64,000 nt of DNA from Octopus vulgaris (Eukaryota): NCBI GenBank assembly GCA_951406725.2, contig OX597834.1, positions 31,682,001-31,746,000 on the forward strand. Reading direction: 5' to 3'. Below, piece by piece: positions 43,016 to 57,688 of the stretch. Every line of letters begins with the position of its first letter. The stretch's first letter is position 1. The notes below the pieces were generated by a model. It had not been told where the DNA came from. It searched no databases and worked only from the letters and a program-made list of their open reading frames with translations. A program made the translations under genes and the position numbers.

Positions 43016-43055
43016 GAGAGAGAGAGAGATACATTTTCATAGATATATATGTATC

Positions 43056-43100
<45 letters not shown>

Positions 43101-43113
43101 ATATGTATGTATA

Positions 43114-43154
<41 letters not shown>

Positions 43155-43605
43155 GCATAAAACTAATGCAGGCATGGAAGATGGACATTTATTATGATGT
43201 CTGTGTGTGTGTGTCTCTGTGTGTGTGCATATATACATATATATATATCAGATACATATTACACACACACACACAAGCACGCACACACATTCATGCACAG
43301 AGTTGTTTAACTCAGAAATGGGGTTCAACTCCATCTGTGACCATCCCATCTTTTTATTTCTTTTAATAGTTTCAGCAGGTATTGGTCACTTATCTTGTAA
43401 AGATTCCAGCTTGTGATTTGAGGATGTTCTGACTGCTATATCTAGGAAGTCAAGCACTCAATACAATGCTGCCTAATTGACTCAGCACATTTTGTGACAC
43501 CCCCACAGCACACATATGCACGTGTGCGCATACACACATATATATACATACACATATATATATACACACACACATATATTTATACAGATATATATATATA
43601 CTTAC

Positions 43606-43689
<84 letters not shown>

Positions 43690-45073
43690 GTATATATATA
43701 GGCATATATATGATGTGTGTGCTCCTGTTTTTAAGTGTAATTGGTTGTAATTAATGCCCATGGGTGTATATTTCAATGTGCACATTTCTGTGTAAAATTT
43801 GAAATCTGACAGTCTGATATATCGCCATCATCACCATCACCATCCTCATCATCATCACCGTTGTCATCGTCGTCATCATTACCATAACCATCATCATGAC
43901 TATCACTGTCATCCCTATCATCATCGTCATCATCATCATCATCACCATCATCAACATACCACAACCAATGTGTAATCACACACACACACACACACAACAT
44001 GCTTCTTTCAGTTTCTATCAATGAAATCCATTGACAAGGTTTTTGGGTCGGCCCGGGGCCATAATGGAAGACATCTGCCCAAGCCGTTACACCTTGGGAT
44101 TGAACCCACGACCCTTTTCAGGTGGGGGACTCACTTAATTCTTCCCTATTTATTGGGAAGTGTGCGTGTGCGTACAAGACAGCAGTTGAGTGTATATGTC
44201 TGCGAAAGGAATGACTATAACAACTACGTGGTGGTGGTGGCGGCGGCCGCGGTGGTGGTGGTGGTGGTGGTGGTGGTGGTGGTGGTGGTGGTGGAGATAA
44301 TGATGATAATGATGATGATGATGATGATGACGATGATGAAGACGACTGCAATGATAGTGGTGCTATAAACATGAGAGCAATGAAGTTGATGTTGATGATG
44401 ATGGTGGTGGTCACGATGAATGATGACGGTGGTCGCGATGATGATGATGATGATGATGATTATGATGTTGATGGCAGTGACGATAGTTCCCACTGATTGT
44501 ATATTTTCATAAATGGATTAAACTCTAGATTAAAAATCATGTGAAATGAATAACGAATATACATAACGAGGAGGTCAGTGTGGAGGTGTATATACACATA
44601 TATATATATATATATATAGATGCATATGTATATATGTGCATATAGACACACAAACATATATGTATATATAAAACTCTACATACTTCCTTATGTAAGTATG
44701 TATGTATGCATAAACATATATATACATATGTATATATATAAAATATATATATGTATATTCGTACATGTATGTATCTTTACGTATGTGTGTATAAAGATAT
44801 ATAAGTATGTTTAGTATGTGTGTGTGTATGTGTGTGCGCGCGTGCACCTAAACATGTGTGTGAGCATCCTGAGATCTGGGAAGTCTAAGCTCCTGCATTA
44901 ATGTTAATGAAAATAATTTTCCTTTGTAAACTTGGTTTGATATATAATTAAATGAATGCATATTTAAGGTATCTGTAAATATATATGGAATAATATATAT
45001 ATATATGTGTGTGTTTGTGTATACATATATTTATATATACACATATATATATATATATGTGTGTATAGATATG

Positions 45074-45138
<65 letters not shown>

Positions 45139-45408
45139 ATGTGTATGTAAATATATAAATATATATATATATATATATCATCACATATATACATATGTAT
45201 ACACATACATACATATACATGTGTATATATGTATGTGTATACATGTTAATGTATGTGCATTTGTGTGTGTATATATATATATATGTATATGCTTCTGTAC
45301 AATCCAAGTACCAAGGTTTAATTATATGTATATCAGATAATTTGTATGCAAATATATGTATTATTTATATGGCCATTCATAGATGCATATGTGTATGCGC
45401 ACACACAC

Positions 45409-45462
<54 letters not shown>

Positions 45463-45704
45463 GTATATGTATGTTTGTATGTATGGTATGTATGTATATA
45501 TGTATGCATACATTTCTTGAAGTTTTTGGACATGTTCACTTCATCAGATCAGATTTGTTCAAAGATCTGATGATGCAGGTGTGTTGTATACACATGAAAC
45601 TTAAATTAATGTGGATCTTATTTAATGCATATAACTCCAGCTACATGTATTGAGTGCTACTTTCTGTCATTTGTTCACTGACTCATGTACATACATATAT
45701 ACTT

Positions 45705-45749
<45 letters not shown>

Positions 45750-45881
45750 TATATTTGTATGTAAATACATATGTACATGCATATAAATGTTAGTGTGAAT
45801 TTAGGTGTATATTATGTGTATATACATATATGAGCACTCAAGTATATATATGTGTGTGTGTTTGTGCATGATGGTGTCTGA

Positions 45882-45913
<32 letters not shown>

Positions 45914-45956
45914 TGTACAGAGAGAAAATGATGGTACAGAGAGCGTATTCATATGA

Positions 45957-46016
<60 letters not shown>

Positions 46017-46030
46017 GTATATATATATAC

Positions 46031-46073
<43 letters not shown>

Positions 46074-46453
46074 TATATATATACCTATATAAATACACTA
46101 TATAATGTATGCGTATATGTATACACATGTCTGTCACATGTGTATACATCCACTAAGTGTGTATATGTCTATCAATTTGTCATTAAATGCTCTCTAACTG
46201 ATCTGTAAAAGCTTTGTTGAAAAAAAAAATGAAAAAAACAAAAAGGAAAAAAGAAATGTTACATAAAAAAATAAGAAATACAATTTAAATTAAATTAAAT
46301 AAAATTTCAAAAAAAATTGTCAAAATTTAATTTGTTGCTTTCCTTGGTTTTTAATTTTGTATTATGTGTTTATGTTTTGTTTTTTTGCTAATTTATTTAT
46401 GGTAGTCATGGTGAGGCTAGTAGTGGGAGTGTTGTTGTTGTTGCTGTAGCAGC

Positions 46454-46517
<64 letters not shown>

Positions 46518-46549
46518 ATATTGGTGCCAGCACCAGCACCAGCAGCAGC

Positions 46550-46593
<44 letters not shown>

Positions 46594-48257
46594 CAGCAGC
46601 AGTAATAGTTGTAGTAGTAATATAACTTTATGGGGTGGGGCAAAGGGGCATTTCACCTTGGCCGATGCTTTTATGGAGGCGGCACTTGTAGGTCTTCTGA
46701 ATAAACTTGTATAGTCTTGGGGTCCCTGGGAAGGTAAGGCAAACACAGGGTCCTTCCCCGAGTGGCACACAGACTGGCCACACCATTGACTAAGAAGAAG
46801 ATCAAAATCAAGAGGAGGTTCCCAAATGCCCACCATTCCTGTTGATGCTTCAAAAGAATATACCCAGGTGCATTTTGCGGAATGCAAAACTCAGTCAGAT
46901 TTCCACCAATGCAAGATGTAAAAAGATGACCAACAGCAATTTGGTAAAAAGGGCTCAACATTAACTAGGAACAAGTTGAAATGTCATTCTTTGAGATTTC
47001 AAAGACGAGGACACCAAAGTGAAACAAGGACTTGAAACACCTTATCTGTGGCAGTGGAACAGTTCAAACCATAAATCAGTTGTTCATTTACTTTGTAACC
47101 CTTCTGATACCAGAATTTGAACTCAGAAATGCAACGCCAGACGAAATGTTGCCAAGCATTTTGTACACCATTTCAATAACAACAATTATTTTACTAAATT
47201 CTTCATTATTTTCGAAATGAATTGGAACAACAGAAATATGGTAACAAAAGGGTTAAAGTGATCTAAGCTAAAACTTTCTATCAAAATGTCATGTTAATTT
47301 ATTTTCAAAAACAAACAGCCTCCTAATTACAGATATTTTTCAAATTTCAAAATTCATTGAAACAGAAAAAGGTAGGACAAAAAGCTAAACTGACCTCAAC
47401 ATCATTTGAACTCAAAACAAAAAAGAATAAGGGCACCCAGTGAGTGAAAACCTCTGCTAAAGCAACACCAACGTCCTCTCAAAAAAGAGACTGATAGAAT
47501 AAGTACTGGGCTTACAAAGAATAAGTCCCGGGGTCGATTTGCTCGACTAAAAGGTGGTGCTCCAGCTTGGCCGCAGTCAAATGACTGAAACAAGTAAAAG
47601 AGTAGAGTAAAAGAGAGAGTGCCGTGTCCCAAGATCTCAGGATTTATTTCGTCTTATGCCTACAACAAATGTGCCTAAATTCAAGTCTTAGGAATTTAAC
47701 TAGATCTGAAAAACAAAATATGAAGCTTTTCTCATGTCACAAAATTGTTTCTTACGTGCAACAAAATAAACTTTACATAAATATTTTTAAAATTGCCAGA
47801 AAAAATGTTTTCTTTCCAAGAACCTGAAAAATAATAAACAACTGCAAACCCATGGACATTTAATTCGTATAATTTAAAGATGATTATCACCTCAGATTTA
47901 AAGATATGACTTCACAAATATGGCTAATTATTCATTTAGCTCTAATTAGGTAAGATTTTGACCAATTCTGCGACCATTCAGTTTGTCGTATTTCCTAAAA
48001 TATTCATCCAAATTTCACAAATGATGTACCAAAATGTTTCTTTTTGGATGCTCGCCAAGATAAAGTGCAGCAGGAATTACATTTAAATATTTTCAAAAAT
48101 TCATAGTGATGCCTATAAACAGACAGACAGTCAGAGAGATAGATTGAAAGACTGAAAGACAATTAGAGAGGCACATAGATAAACAGAGATAGATATATGT
48201 GTGTATGTGTTTATATATATAGATATATAGTTTATATTATATATATATTAGATATAT

Positions 48258-48639
48258 TCTTTTCTTTTATTCTTTTATTTGTTTCAGTCATTTGACAGCG
48301 GCCAAGCTGGAGCACCACCTTTTAGTCGAGCAAATCGACCCCAGGACTCATTCTTTGTAAGCCTAGTACTTATTCTATTGGTCTCTTTTTGCCGAACAGC
48401 TAAGTTACAGGAACGTTAACACACGGTTGTCAAGCGATGTTGGGGGGTCAACAGACACACAAACACACACACAAACACACGCACACACACAAACGGGCTT
48501 CTTTCAGATTCTGTCACAAGGCTTTGGTCGCCCCAAGGCTATAGTAGAAGACACTTGTCCAATGTGCCATGCAGTGGGACTGAACCCGGAACCATGTGGT
48601 CGGTAAGCAAGCTACTTACCACACAGCCACTGCTGCACC

Positions 48640-48640
<1 letters not shown>
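48258..48640 (-). mobile_element. tRNA-SINE family A
   Basis: Family A head and tail on the minus strand. Confidence 0.85.
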
Positions 48641-48672
<32 letters not shown>

Positions 48673-48923
48673 ATATTATATATTATATATATGCCTCAGT
48701 ATCATCAGTACATCTTTTTAAGTCATCTTCATCATTTTCTTCAGCTTCTTCCTCTTCTTTTTCTTATTCTTTTCCCACTTGGTCCTCCATGTCCTTTGCC
48801 TTCTTCTTCTCTCCTCTCTCTGTCTCTCTCTTTCCTTCTCTTTCATGTATACACATGCATACTTTCTAAACAACCAGACGCATGTCTATAAAAACAGAGA
48901 AAATATCTATTTAAGTATATGTG

Positions 48924-49030
<107 letters not shown>

Positions 49031-49267
49031 CTATATATGCATAGGTGCACATCAATACACAATCACACATATATATAGAGAGAGAGAGGTATATATATAT
49101 ATATGTATGTATGTACAATATGCCATACATACATAAATACTTAGGTGCATTAGTGAAAATGCTTTCATGCATACAGCATGTGCATTTGTGTGTATGTGAT
49201 CAAGAAAGACAGGAAGATAGATAGATAGATTGATAGATAGATAGACACAGGTAGACAGATAAATTGA

Positions 49268-49299
<32 letters not shown>

Positions 49300-49315
49300 T
49301 AGACAGACAGATAAC

Positions 49316-49351
<36 letters not shown>

Positions 49352-49363
49352 CAGATAAATTGA

Positions 49364-49395
<32 letters not shown>

Positions 49396-49413
49396 TAGAC
49401 AGACAGATAAATT

Positions 49414-49495
<82 letters not shown>

Positions 49496-49724
49496 CACAG
49501 GTAGACAGATAAATTGATAGATATATATATAGAGAGAGAGAAATAGATAGATAAATATATACATACATATGTAGATGGATAGAAAGATAGACAGATAAGT
49601 AGATAGCTAGATGCATACCTATATACAGACACAAACACACACACACACACAGATACTTCAGTACATACATATGTCAATAGGTAGGTAGACAGATGGATGG
49701 ATAGAGAGGTATATAGACAGGCAG

Positions 49725-49789
<65 letters not shown>

Positions 49790-50007
49790 AGTGTGTATGT
49801 ATGTAAGCTAATAATTAATTGCACACCATTCCTTAACTGGCTGTGTCACCCCTTTAACATGGAATGGCAAACAGAAATAACCTTCGAATCGAATCGATAA
49901 GTTCGCCGTATTATCATCTTGGCTTTGTACAGAATTCCGAAGTGACATTATTAAAAAAGCATTTAGTGCCAGCCCATGATGGCTTTTCGGTCTTTCTCTC
50001 CTTCCCA

Positions 50008-50099
<92 letters not shown>

Positions 50100-50291
50100 G
50101 TCTATTACTCTTTCTCTTTCACTCAGTTTATCTGCCCTTCTTTCTATCTATCCATTTATATTGGTATGTATGTATTAATACGCATATATATACTTATATG
50201 TAGATAGACTGACAGAGAGTGAGGAAAAAAGAGAGAGTAAGAGAGAGAGAGAGGCAAATAACATACACATACATACATATATGTATATAGA

Positions 50292-50352
<61 letters not shown>

Positions 50353-50368
50353 ATATATATATATATAT

Positions 50369-50403
<35 letters not shown>

Positions 50404-50479
50404 AATTCTTTCTATCAGTATCTATCCATATGCCTATCTCTATCCATCCATCCATCAATCAATCAATCAATCAGTCTAC

Positions 50480-50516
<37 letters not shown>

Positions 50517-50638
50517 CATCTATCTATTTATATATATCTCTATCTATCTCTATCTCTCTGTGTGTCTCTCTCTGTCTATCTATCAGTCTATCTATCTATC
50601 TATCTGTCTCTCTGTCTGTCTATCTATCTATCTATCTA

Positions 50639-50669
<31 letters not shown>

Positions 50670-50836
50670 TTAACCCTCACTTTCTCACTTATTCTTAACA
50701 CTTTCTATCTCTCTCTCTTTTATAGTCCATTTCCTTCTCTGCCCCCCACCCTCTGTCATTCTGTTTCTCTATGTATATAAGAAAATATATATGTGTATGC
50801 ATGCATGTAACTATGTGTGTATGTGTATATGGCAAA

Positions 50837-50874
<38 letters not shown>

Positions 50875-50920
50875 TATGCATATATATGCATATATATATA
50901 TATATATATATATATGCATA

Positions 50921-50966
<46 letters not shown>

Positions 50967-51460
50967 CATACATACATATATATATGTGCATGTGTGTGTA
51001 TATATACATATATGCACAAGTATATTTTATATCTGATATATATATATGTATATATATATATCACACACACACACACATATATATATATACACATACACAC
51101 ATATATATACATATGCACAAACACGCACACACATGTGTGTGTGTGTATAAAATCTCTTTTCCCACACCCATCCCCTTTCACACTATCTCCCTTTTCATTA
51201 TTTCTCCTCCCCCTCTCACTCTCCCTGTCTCTCCCTCCCTCCATTCGTCCTCTTTCCCCTCCCCCAGCACCACCACACATCACACCACCTCCATTCCTCC
51301 ACCATACCTTGAACCCCCCACCACACACACACACACACCCTCACTCCGCCCTCCACCCACAAACTCCCACCTAAAATGTCTTCCTGTGGTGTTAACCCAG
51401 TCTAATCTGAATTATGAAAGGATTTCTGTTTGATGAGAAGCTTTTGTGTGTGTGTGTGTG

Positions 51461-51505
<45 letters not shown>

Positions 51506-51789
51506 TGTACACCTATGTGCAAGTCCTTTCTGGATTTTCCATGTGATTATAGGTGTATGTATGTATGTGCATTTTTGTATATGTATGGATTAGCGTGTGT
51601 GTGTGTGTATGTGTGTGCGTGCGTATATAAGTGTGCATAGAGATATAAATGTATAGATGTGTGTGTTTGTGTGTATCTGAGTGTGTATGCAGACATGATC
51701 CTCTTCCTGTATTTTTATGAGATTGTATCTGTATTTGTATAATAAATGTGTATATATACGTATGTATATATGTATGTATGTATGTATGC

Positions 51790-51827
<38 letters not shown>

Positions 51828-51976
51828 ATATCACTCTCTCTCTCTCTATATATATATATATACATTTATATTTATATCTATGTTTATATAAATGGATGTA
51901 TAGATTATATATATATGAATGAATATGTAAATATATATATATATTTATATATGTGTATATAAACATATGTGTATAA

Positions 51977-52372
51977 GGCGCAGGAGTGAGTGTGTGGTAA
52001 GTAGCTTGCTTACCAACCACATGGTTCTGGGTTCATTCTCACTGTGTGGCACCTTAGGCAAGTGTCTTCCACTATAGCCTCAGGCCGACCAAAGCCTTGT
52101 GTGTGGATTTGATAGACGGAAACTGAAAGAAGCCCATCGTATATATATATATATATATATATTTGTATGTGTGTGTATATGTTTGTGTGTCTCTCTTTGA
52201 CAACCGATGCTGGTGTGTTTACGTTCCCGTAACTTAGCAGTTCGGCAAAAGAGTCTAATAGAATAAGTACTTGGCTTCCAAAGAATAAGTCCTGGGGTCA
52301 ATTTGCTCGACTAAAGGCAGTGCTCCAGCATGGCCACTGTCAAATGACTGAAACAAGTAAAAGAGTAAAAAA
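51977..52372 (+). mobile_element. tRNA-SINE family A, full length
   Basis: ggcgcaggagtgagtgtgtggtaag ... gaaacaagtaaaagagtaaaa. Confidence 0.85.
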
Positions 52373-52394
52373 AGTATATATGTATATATATATA

Positions 52395-52788
52395 TATAAA
52401 ATATTATTAGAGACAAAACCACTATTTTGCAAAACAAACAAGGAAAGACTTAATCAATACATAAAATTTTAATAAATAGTCAAAAAAACCGCCACTACAA
52501 TCGTTTCTTGTCTTGATCGACAATCTTCAGGTGGACTTCCAATAAGTCGAAACTGACTTATTGGAAGTCCACCTGAAGATTGTCGATCAAGACAAGAAAC
52601 GATTGTAGTGGCGGTTTTTTTGACTATTTATTAAAATTTTATGTATTGATTAAGTCTTTCCTTGTTTGTTTTGCAAAATAGTGGTTTTGTCTCTAATAAT
52701 ATTTTATAATATTTTAATATAAAATTGGATTTAATCCTAAATCTGATTTTTTTTCCCTGTAAATTTGGATTTATTCCCTAATATTTAT

Positions 52789-52792
<4 letters not shown>
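52395..52792. mobile_element. Fold-back element: 154-bp apparently perfect arms (52395-52548 / 52555-52708), 6-nt loop, ~85-bp tail; PLE inverted-terminal-repeat-like
   Basis: Arms are reverse complements around the loop GAAACT; (AT)n lies on both sides. Confidence 0.9.
52569..52611 (+). ncRNA. Minimal type I hammerhead ribozyme (mirror copy on the - strand at 52492-52534)
   Basis: CCAC-CTGAAGA-TTGTC-gatcaa-GACAA-GAAAC-gatt-GTA-GTGG. The CUGANGA/GAAA core is intact, stem I is CCAC/GTGG, stem II has 5 bp, stem III is near-palindromic (ACGATTGT) and the triplet is GUA. Confidence 0.8.
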
Positions 52793-52839
<47 letters not shown>

Positions 52840-53677
52840 TATATACACACATATATATATATACATATATACACATATATTTATAAATATATATATGAAT
52901 ATGAATATATATATAAACATATATATATATATACATATCCACATATATATGGGTATAAATAAATACACACATATTTCTCTGTGTGTGTAGGCATGGTGAT
53001 GTGGTAAATAATTTCATTTTGTAACCGTGTGGTTTTGATTTCAGTCCCACTGTGTATCACCTCAAGCACGTATCTTGTACTTCATTCCAAAGTCAACTAA
53101 ATCTTTGTGAGAATATAATTATATGCATATATAGTCATAAATGTATGTATAAGTTTATATATATAGAAGGAAAGGGGGAATGGCCAACACAGCGGTTGAT
53201 AGACAGAGAAACATATATGTGTGCGTGTGTGTGTGTATTTCTTATCATCATTTAATGTCTATTCTCCAAGTCACGATACATTGAACAGTTTGACAGGATC
53301 TGGTAAGACCAGAGGATTGCGCCTGGCCCCAATTGTTGGTTGTGGTATGGCTTCTACAGCTGGATGCCCTTCCTAACAGCAACCACTATACAGAGTGTCC
53401 TGGAAACTTTCTGTGTGGCACTAGCACAGGGGAAATGAGAGAGAAGAAGGCTTTAAGCTATGTGGAACAGAACATTCCTAACTGAGATGTGAGAGGCTTT
53501 TATCAAATGGCCAGATGTAGAGAAAACTGCAGCCAACAGAAACCAGTGGCATCAACTTGCGACCCATTGTGTTCAAGAGGACAGAAGGAACTGACGCCAA
53601 GTGCTATTGATTTATGTGTATATACACAAGCTAAATATATATATGTATATATATATATGTATGTATATGTATAAATG

Positions 53678-53718
<41 letters not shown>

Positions 53719-53771
53719 GTGTATATGTGTGTGTGTGTGTGTCTGTGTATGTATGTATGTATGTATAAATG

Positions 53772-53802
<31 letters not shown>

Positions 53803-53805
53803 ATG

Positions 53806-53874
<69 letters not shown>

Positions 53875-53950
53875 ATATATATGTATATATATATATGATT
53901 ATATTATATAGTATTTATGTATTTATTTATCTACACACACACACACTCAT

Positions 53951-53995
<45 letters not shown>

Positions 53996-54078
53996 CAAAA
54001 GATTTTCTTGAAGCAAAATATAAATTTATGCACATATGTAATCATATACATACACACATACACATATATATGTATACA

Positions 54079-54110
<32 letters not shown>

Positions 54111-54894
54111 ACATATATAAACACATACATACACACACACATATGTGTGTATATGCATAATAATGTGCGTTTGTTGTTAACCAAAACGAATGCAATCTTT
54201 TCAATCCTCACACACACACACACACACACACACATGCACACACACGCACTCACACACACACACACATAAATGTTTCCTCATATGACTGCAAAATAAACAT
54301 TCACCTAAAAGCGTTGTACTAAAGCAAGGCTATAAATAAGGGGTTTATTAGCACATTGCAGTAAATAGTCATCCGAACACACACACACACACTTTCTTGC
54401 AATCCTACCCTTATACATACAGACATTCTAATTTATGAACGACAACAATACACAGCTCTCTACATCAATAAATTCATCTCTTTTCTTCAGCGACTTTTAT
54501 TTTTCTTATTTATTTATTTTTTGGTTTCTTCTGTTATTCTAAAAACTTTTTTCGTCTTGGAAGGTGATCTTAATTCTAAATCTGTTATCCCATTTAGCAC
54601 CCTCATTCACCCTTTGGGTGCCCGTTGCGATGTATGCCTTGCTAAGCATTTAGTTCAGGTCTTTGTGAATTCTTCCATCAATAAGGCATTGTAGAAAATC
54701 TTGGCCAGTAGTCTTAATTCTTTATCCATTTTCTGATATAACATCCTCACCCAGCCTTTTGGTGCCTTTGACAATTCATGGATTGTTAAGCATTTAATTC
54801 AAGTCTTTGCCATTTTTTCCATCTAACGGATGTTGTATAAAGTCTTGGACAGTAGTCTTAACCCCTTATCCCTTTTAGTACCAATTACTTTGTC

Positions 54895-54973
54895 CAGATA
54901 TTTGTCCTCATCTTGTTTGTTGTTAACACAATGTTTTGGCTGATACACCCTCCAGTCTTCATCAGGTGTCTTG

Positions 54974-55016
<43 letters not shown>

Positions 55017-55388
55017 CATTATTATTATTATTCAGGCCACTGACTGGAATCGAACTCAGAATCTTGGGGTTTATAGCCTGTTCTCTAAACCACTTGGGGC
55101 ATATGGCACTCTAACTCACGCTCTTAACCCACAGGCATATGGCGTAGTGGTTAAGAGCATGGGCTACTAACCCCAAGATTCCGAGTTCAATTCCAAGCAG
55201 TGACCTGAACAACAACAACAACAGCAGCAGCAACAACAACAACAGCAACATTGAAAAATACCTTAGGAATGAGAACCCAGGTTCGAAATTTCCCCAAGAC
55301 ACCTGATGAAGACTGGAAGGTGTATCAGCCGAAACGTGTTAACTACAAATAAGATGAGAACAAATATCTGTCAAATGTAAATAATGTA
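54895..55388. mobile_element. Head-to-head inverted pair of a tRNA-head plus hammerhead-tail element
   Basis: + copy 55132-55388: A box TGGCGTAGTGG (55140), B box GAGTTCAATTCC (55183), (AAC)n linker, then GACAC-CTGATGA(55303)-...CAGCC-GAAAC. The - copy (54895-55093) mirrors the head, an (AAT)n linker and the hammerhead tail. Confidence 0.8.
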
Positions 55389-56385
55389 CTTTGTCCATTT
55401 TTGAAATTCTGGTTCAAACTCAATATCTGAAGCTTTGGCTTCATGTTCCTTTTCAGCACTCACCACACAAGAGTATGCCATTTTAAGAAGAGGTAGTGGT
55501 ATTCCTCTATTGACTTCATGCTTTTTCGCCATATCATGGCTAGATGCAGCAACGGTCATACTGAATTTTCAAGAAAATTTTTTTTCTTCTAGTATAAAAA
55601 TATTGAAGAAAATATGTTCTTTTCTGAGTGGGTGCTCCAGCATGGCCGCAGTCAAATGACTGAAACAAGTAAAAGAGTAAATGAGAGAGAGAGAGAGTAA
55701 AATTTTCATTTTTATATTTTATAGCATTTATCTGACTCTAAAACCACTTTACACCTACCATCTCAACACACCACTACTACCACCACCACCACCACCAGCA
55801 CCACCACCACTACTACCACCGCTGCACCACCACCACAATGCAAACAACACTGCATCCCTACCACTTCACCATATCACCAGACCCTAATGACATGGGCCAC
55901 TGCACTCCTCCCCTCCCCACTACCACTACCTCTACAATTGGACTACCACACCCCACTGCCACATTACATCACAAGCCTTACCGCCGACATCATACCACCC
56001 GACTCCACCACCGCCACCACGTCATACACCATGGAATCCTTAGCGGTGCACACCCCTATCCCCATCCACCCCCCACCCCCGCTGGTTCCTCACCCCTTAC
56101 CAATACCACCACCACCACTACACCACCACCACCACTGCACCACCACCACCATCACTACCAGCAGACATTACAACACCACTAAGCCAGACCCCCAACCACC
56201 ACGACCCCCACCCCAAACATCCGTTCTGCCCTTCATCTCCCCACCCCCACCCTCCGCCCTCCACCATCGTCAACTCCTTTATATGTTAAGGTACTTGCTG
56301 ACCTGAGTTCACCAAGTACAGTTCCTTGGTATAACTGTGGACATTCAGTGAGGGACAGTAAGCATCATTGATGATCATAATAACA

Positions 56386-57017
<632 letters not shown>

Positions 57018-57429
57018 AAATACAACCCTTTCTATAATAGGCAAAGGCCTGAGATTTTTGGTGAAGGGGACAAGTCGATTGCATATCACATCCCAATGCC
57101 TAACTGGTTCTCTATTTCATTGACCCTGAAAAGATGAAAGGTAAAAGTTCCCTGGGCGACCATCCCTGCAAGAAGTGCAAAACATTGTTGTTGTGAGAAC
57201 GATATCCTTCCATGTAAATATTGTTTGGTTTTGTTTTTGTTTTGTTTTACATAACTTTATTTGACTTTGTGGCTGGGCGGTAATAAATTTGCTTCCCAAC
57301 CACTTGGATCCAGGTTCAGTCCCACTGCATGGCACCTTGTCTAAGTGTCTTCTGCGATAACCTTGGGCCAACCTAAATCTTGAGAGTGGATCTGGTAGAC
57401 AGAAACTGAAAGAAGCCCGTCTTATATAT

Positions 57430-57610
57430 ATAGTTAATCCAAACATGAAAACACGACAACGTGGGGACGTGGAACAAGTATAGTGTTATTGGATGCTCAG
57501 GAAAGGAAAGAAAGAAAGAGGATTTAACGTTTCGAGCGGAGCTCTTCGTCAGAAATAGGAAAATGAAAGATCCAAGGAAGGGAAGACGGAGGAAAAAAAT
57601 CGCCAACGGT
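57430..57610 (-). mobile_element. PLE-terminal-repeat-like element with an intact minimal hammerhead (57522-57556)
   Basis: Minus strand reads ATTT-CTGACGA-a-GAGC-tcc-GCTC-GAAAC-GTT-AAAT; stem III is the loopless palindrome AACGTT. Confidence 0.8.
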
Positions 57611-57640
57611 GTCTTCCATAAACAACCTTGCCTGGTCTCA

Positions 57641-57685
<45 letters not shown>

Positions 57686-57688
<3 letters not shown>

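Noticed and set aside
46640-47060. GC-richer unique block with 96- and 156-aa minus-strand ORFs
   Set aside because: No recognisable domain or convincing splice sites; probably a transposon remnant.
55132-55206. Genuine tRNA genes (also the heads at ~12260-12333, 41655-41729 and 57950-58026)
   Set aside because: A and B boxes are present, but there is no convincing cloverleaf or acceptor stem and each runs into a repeated SINE body.
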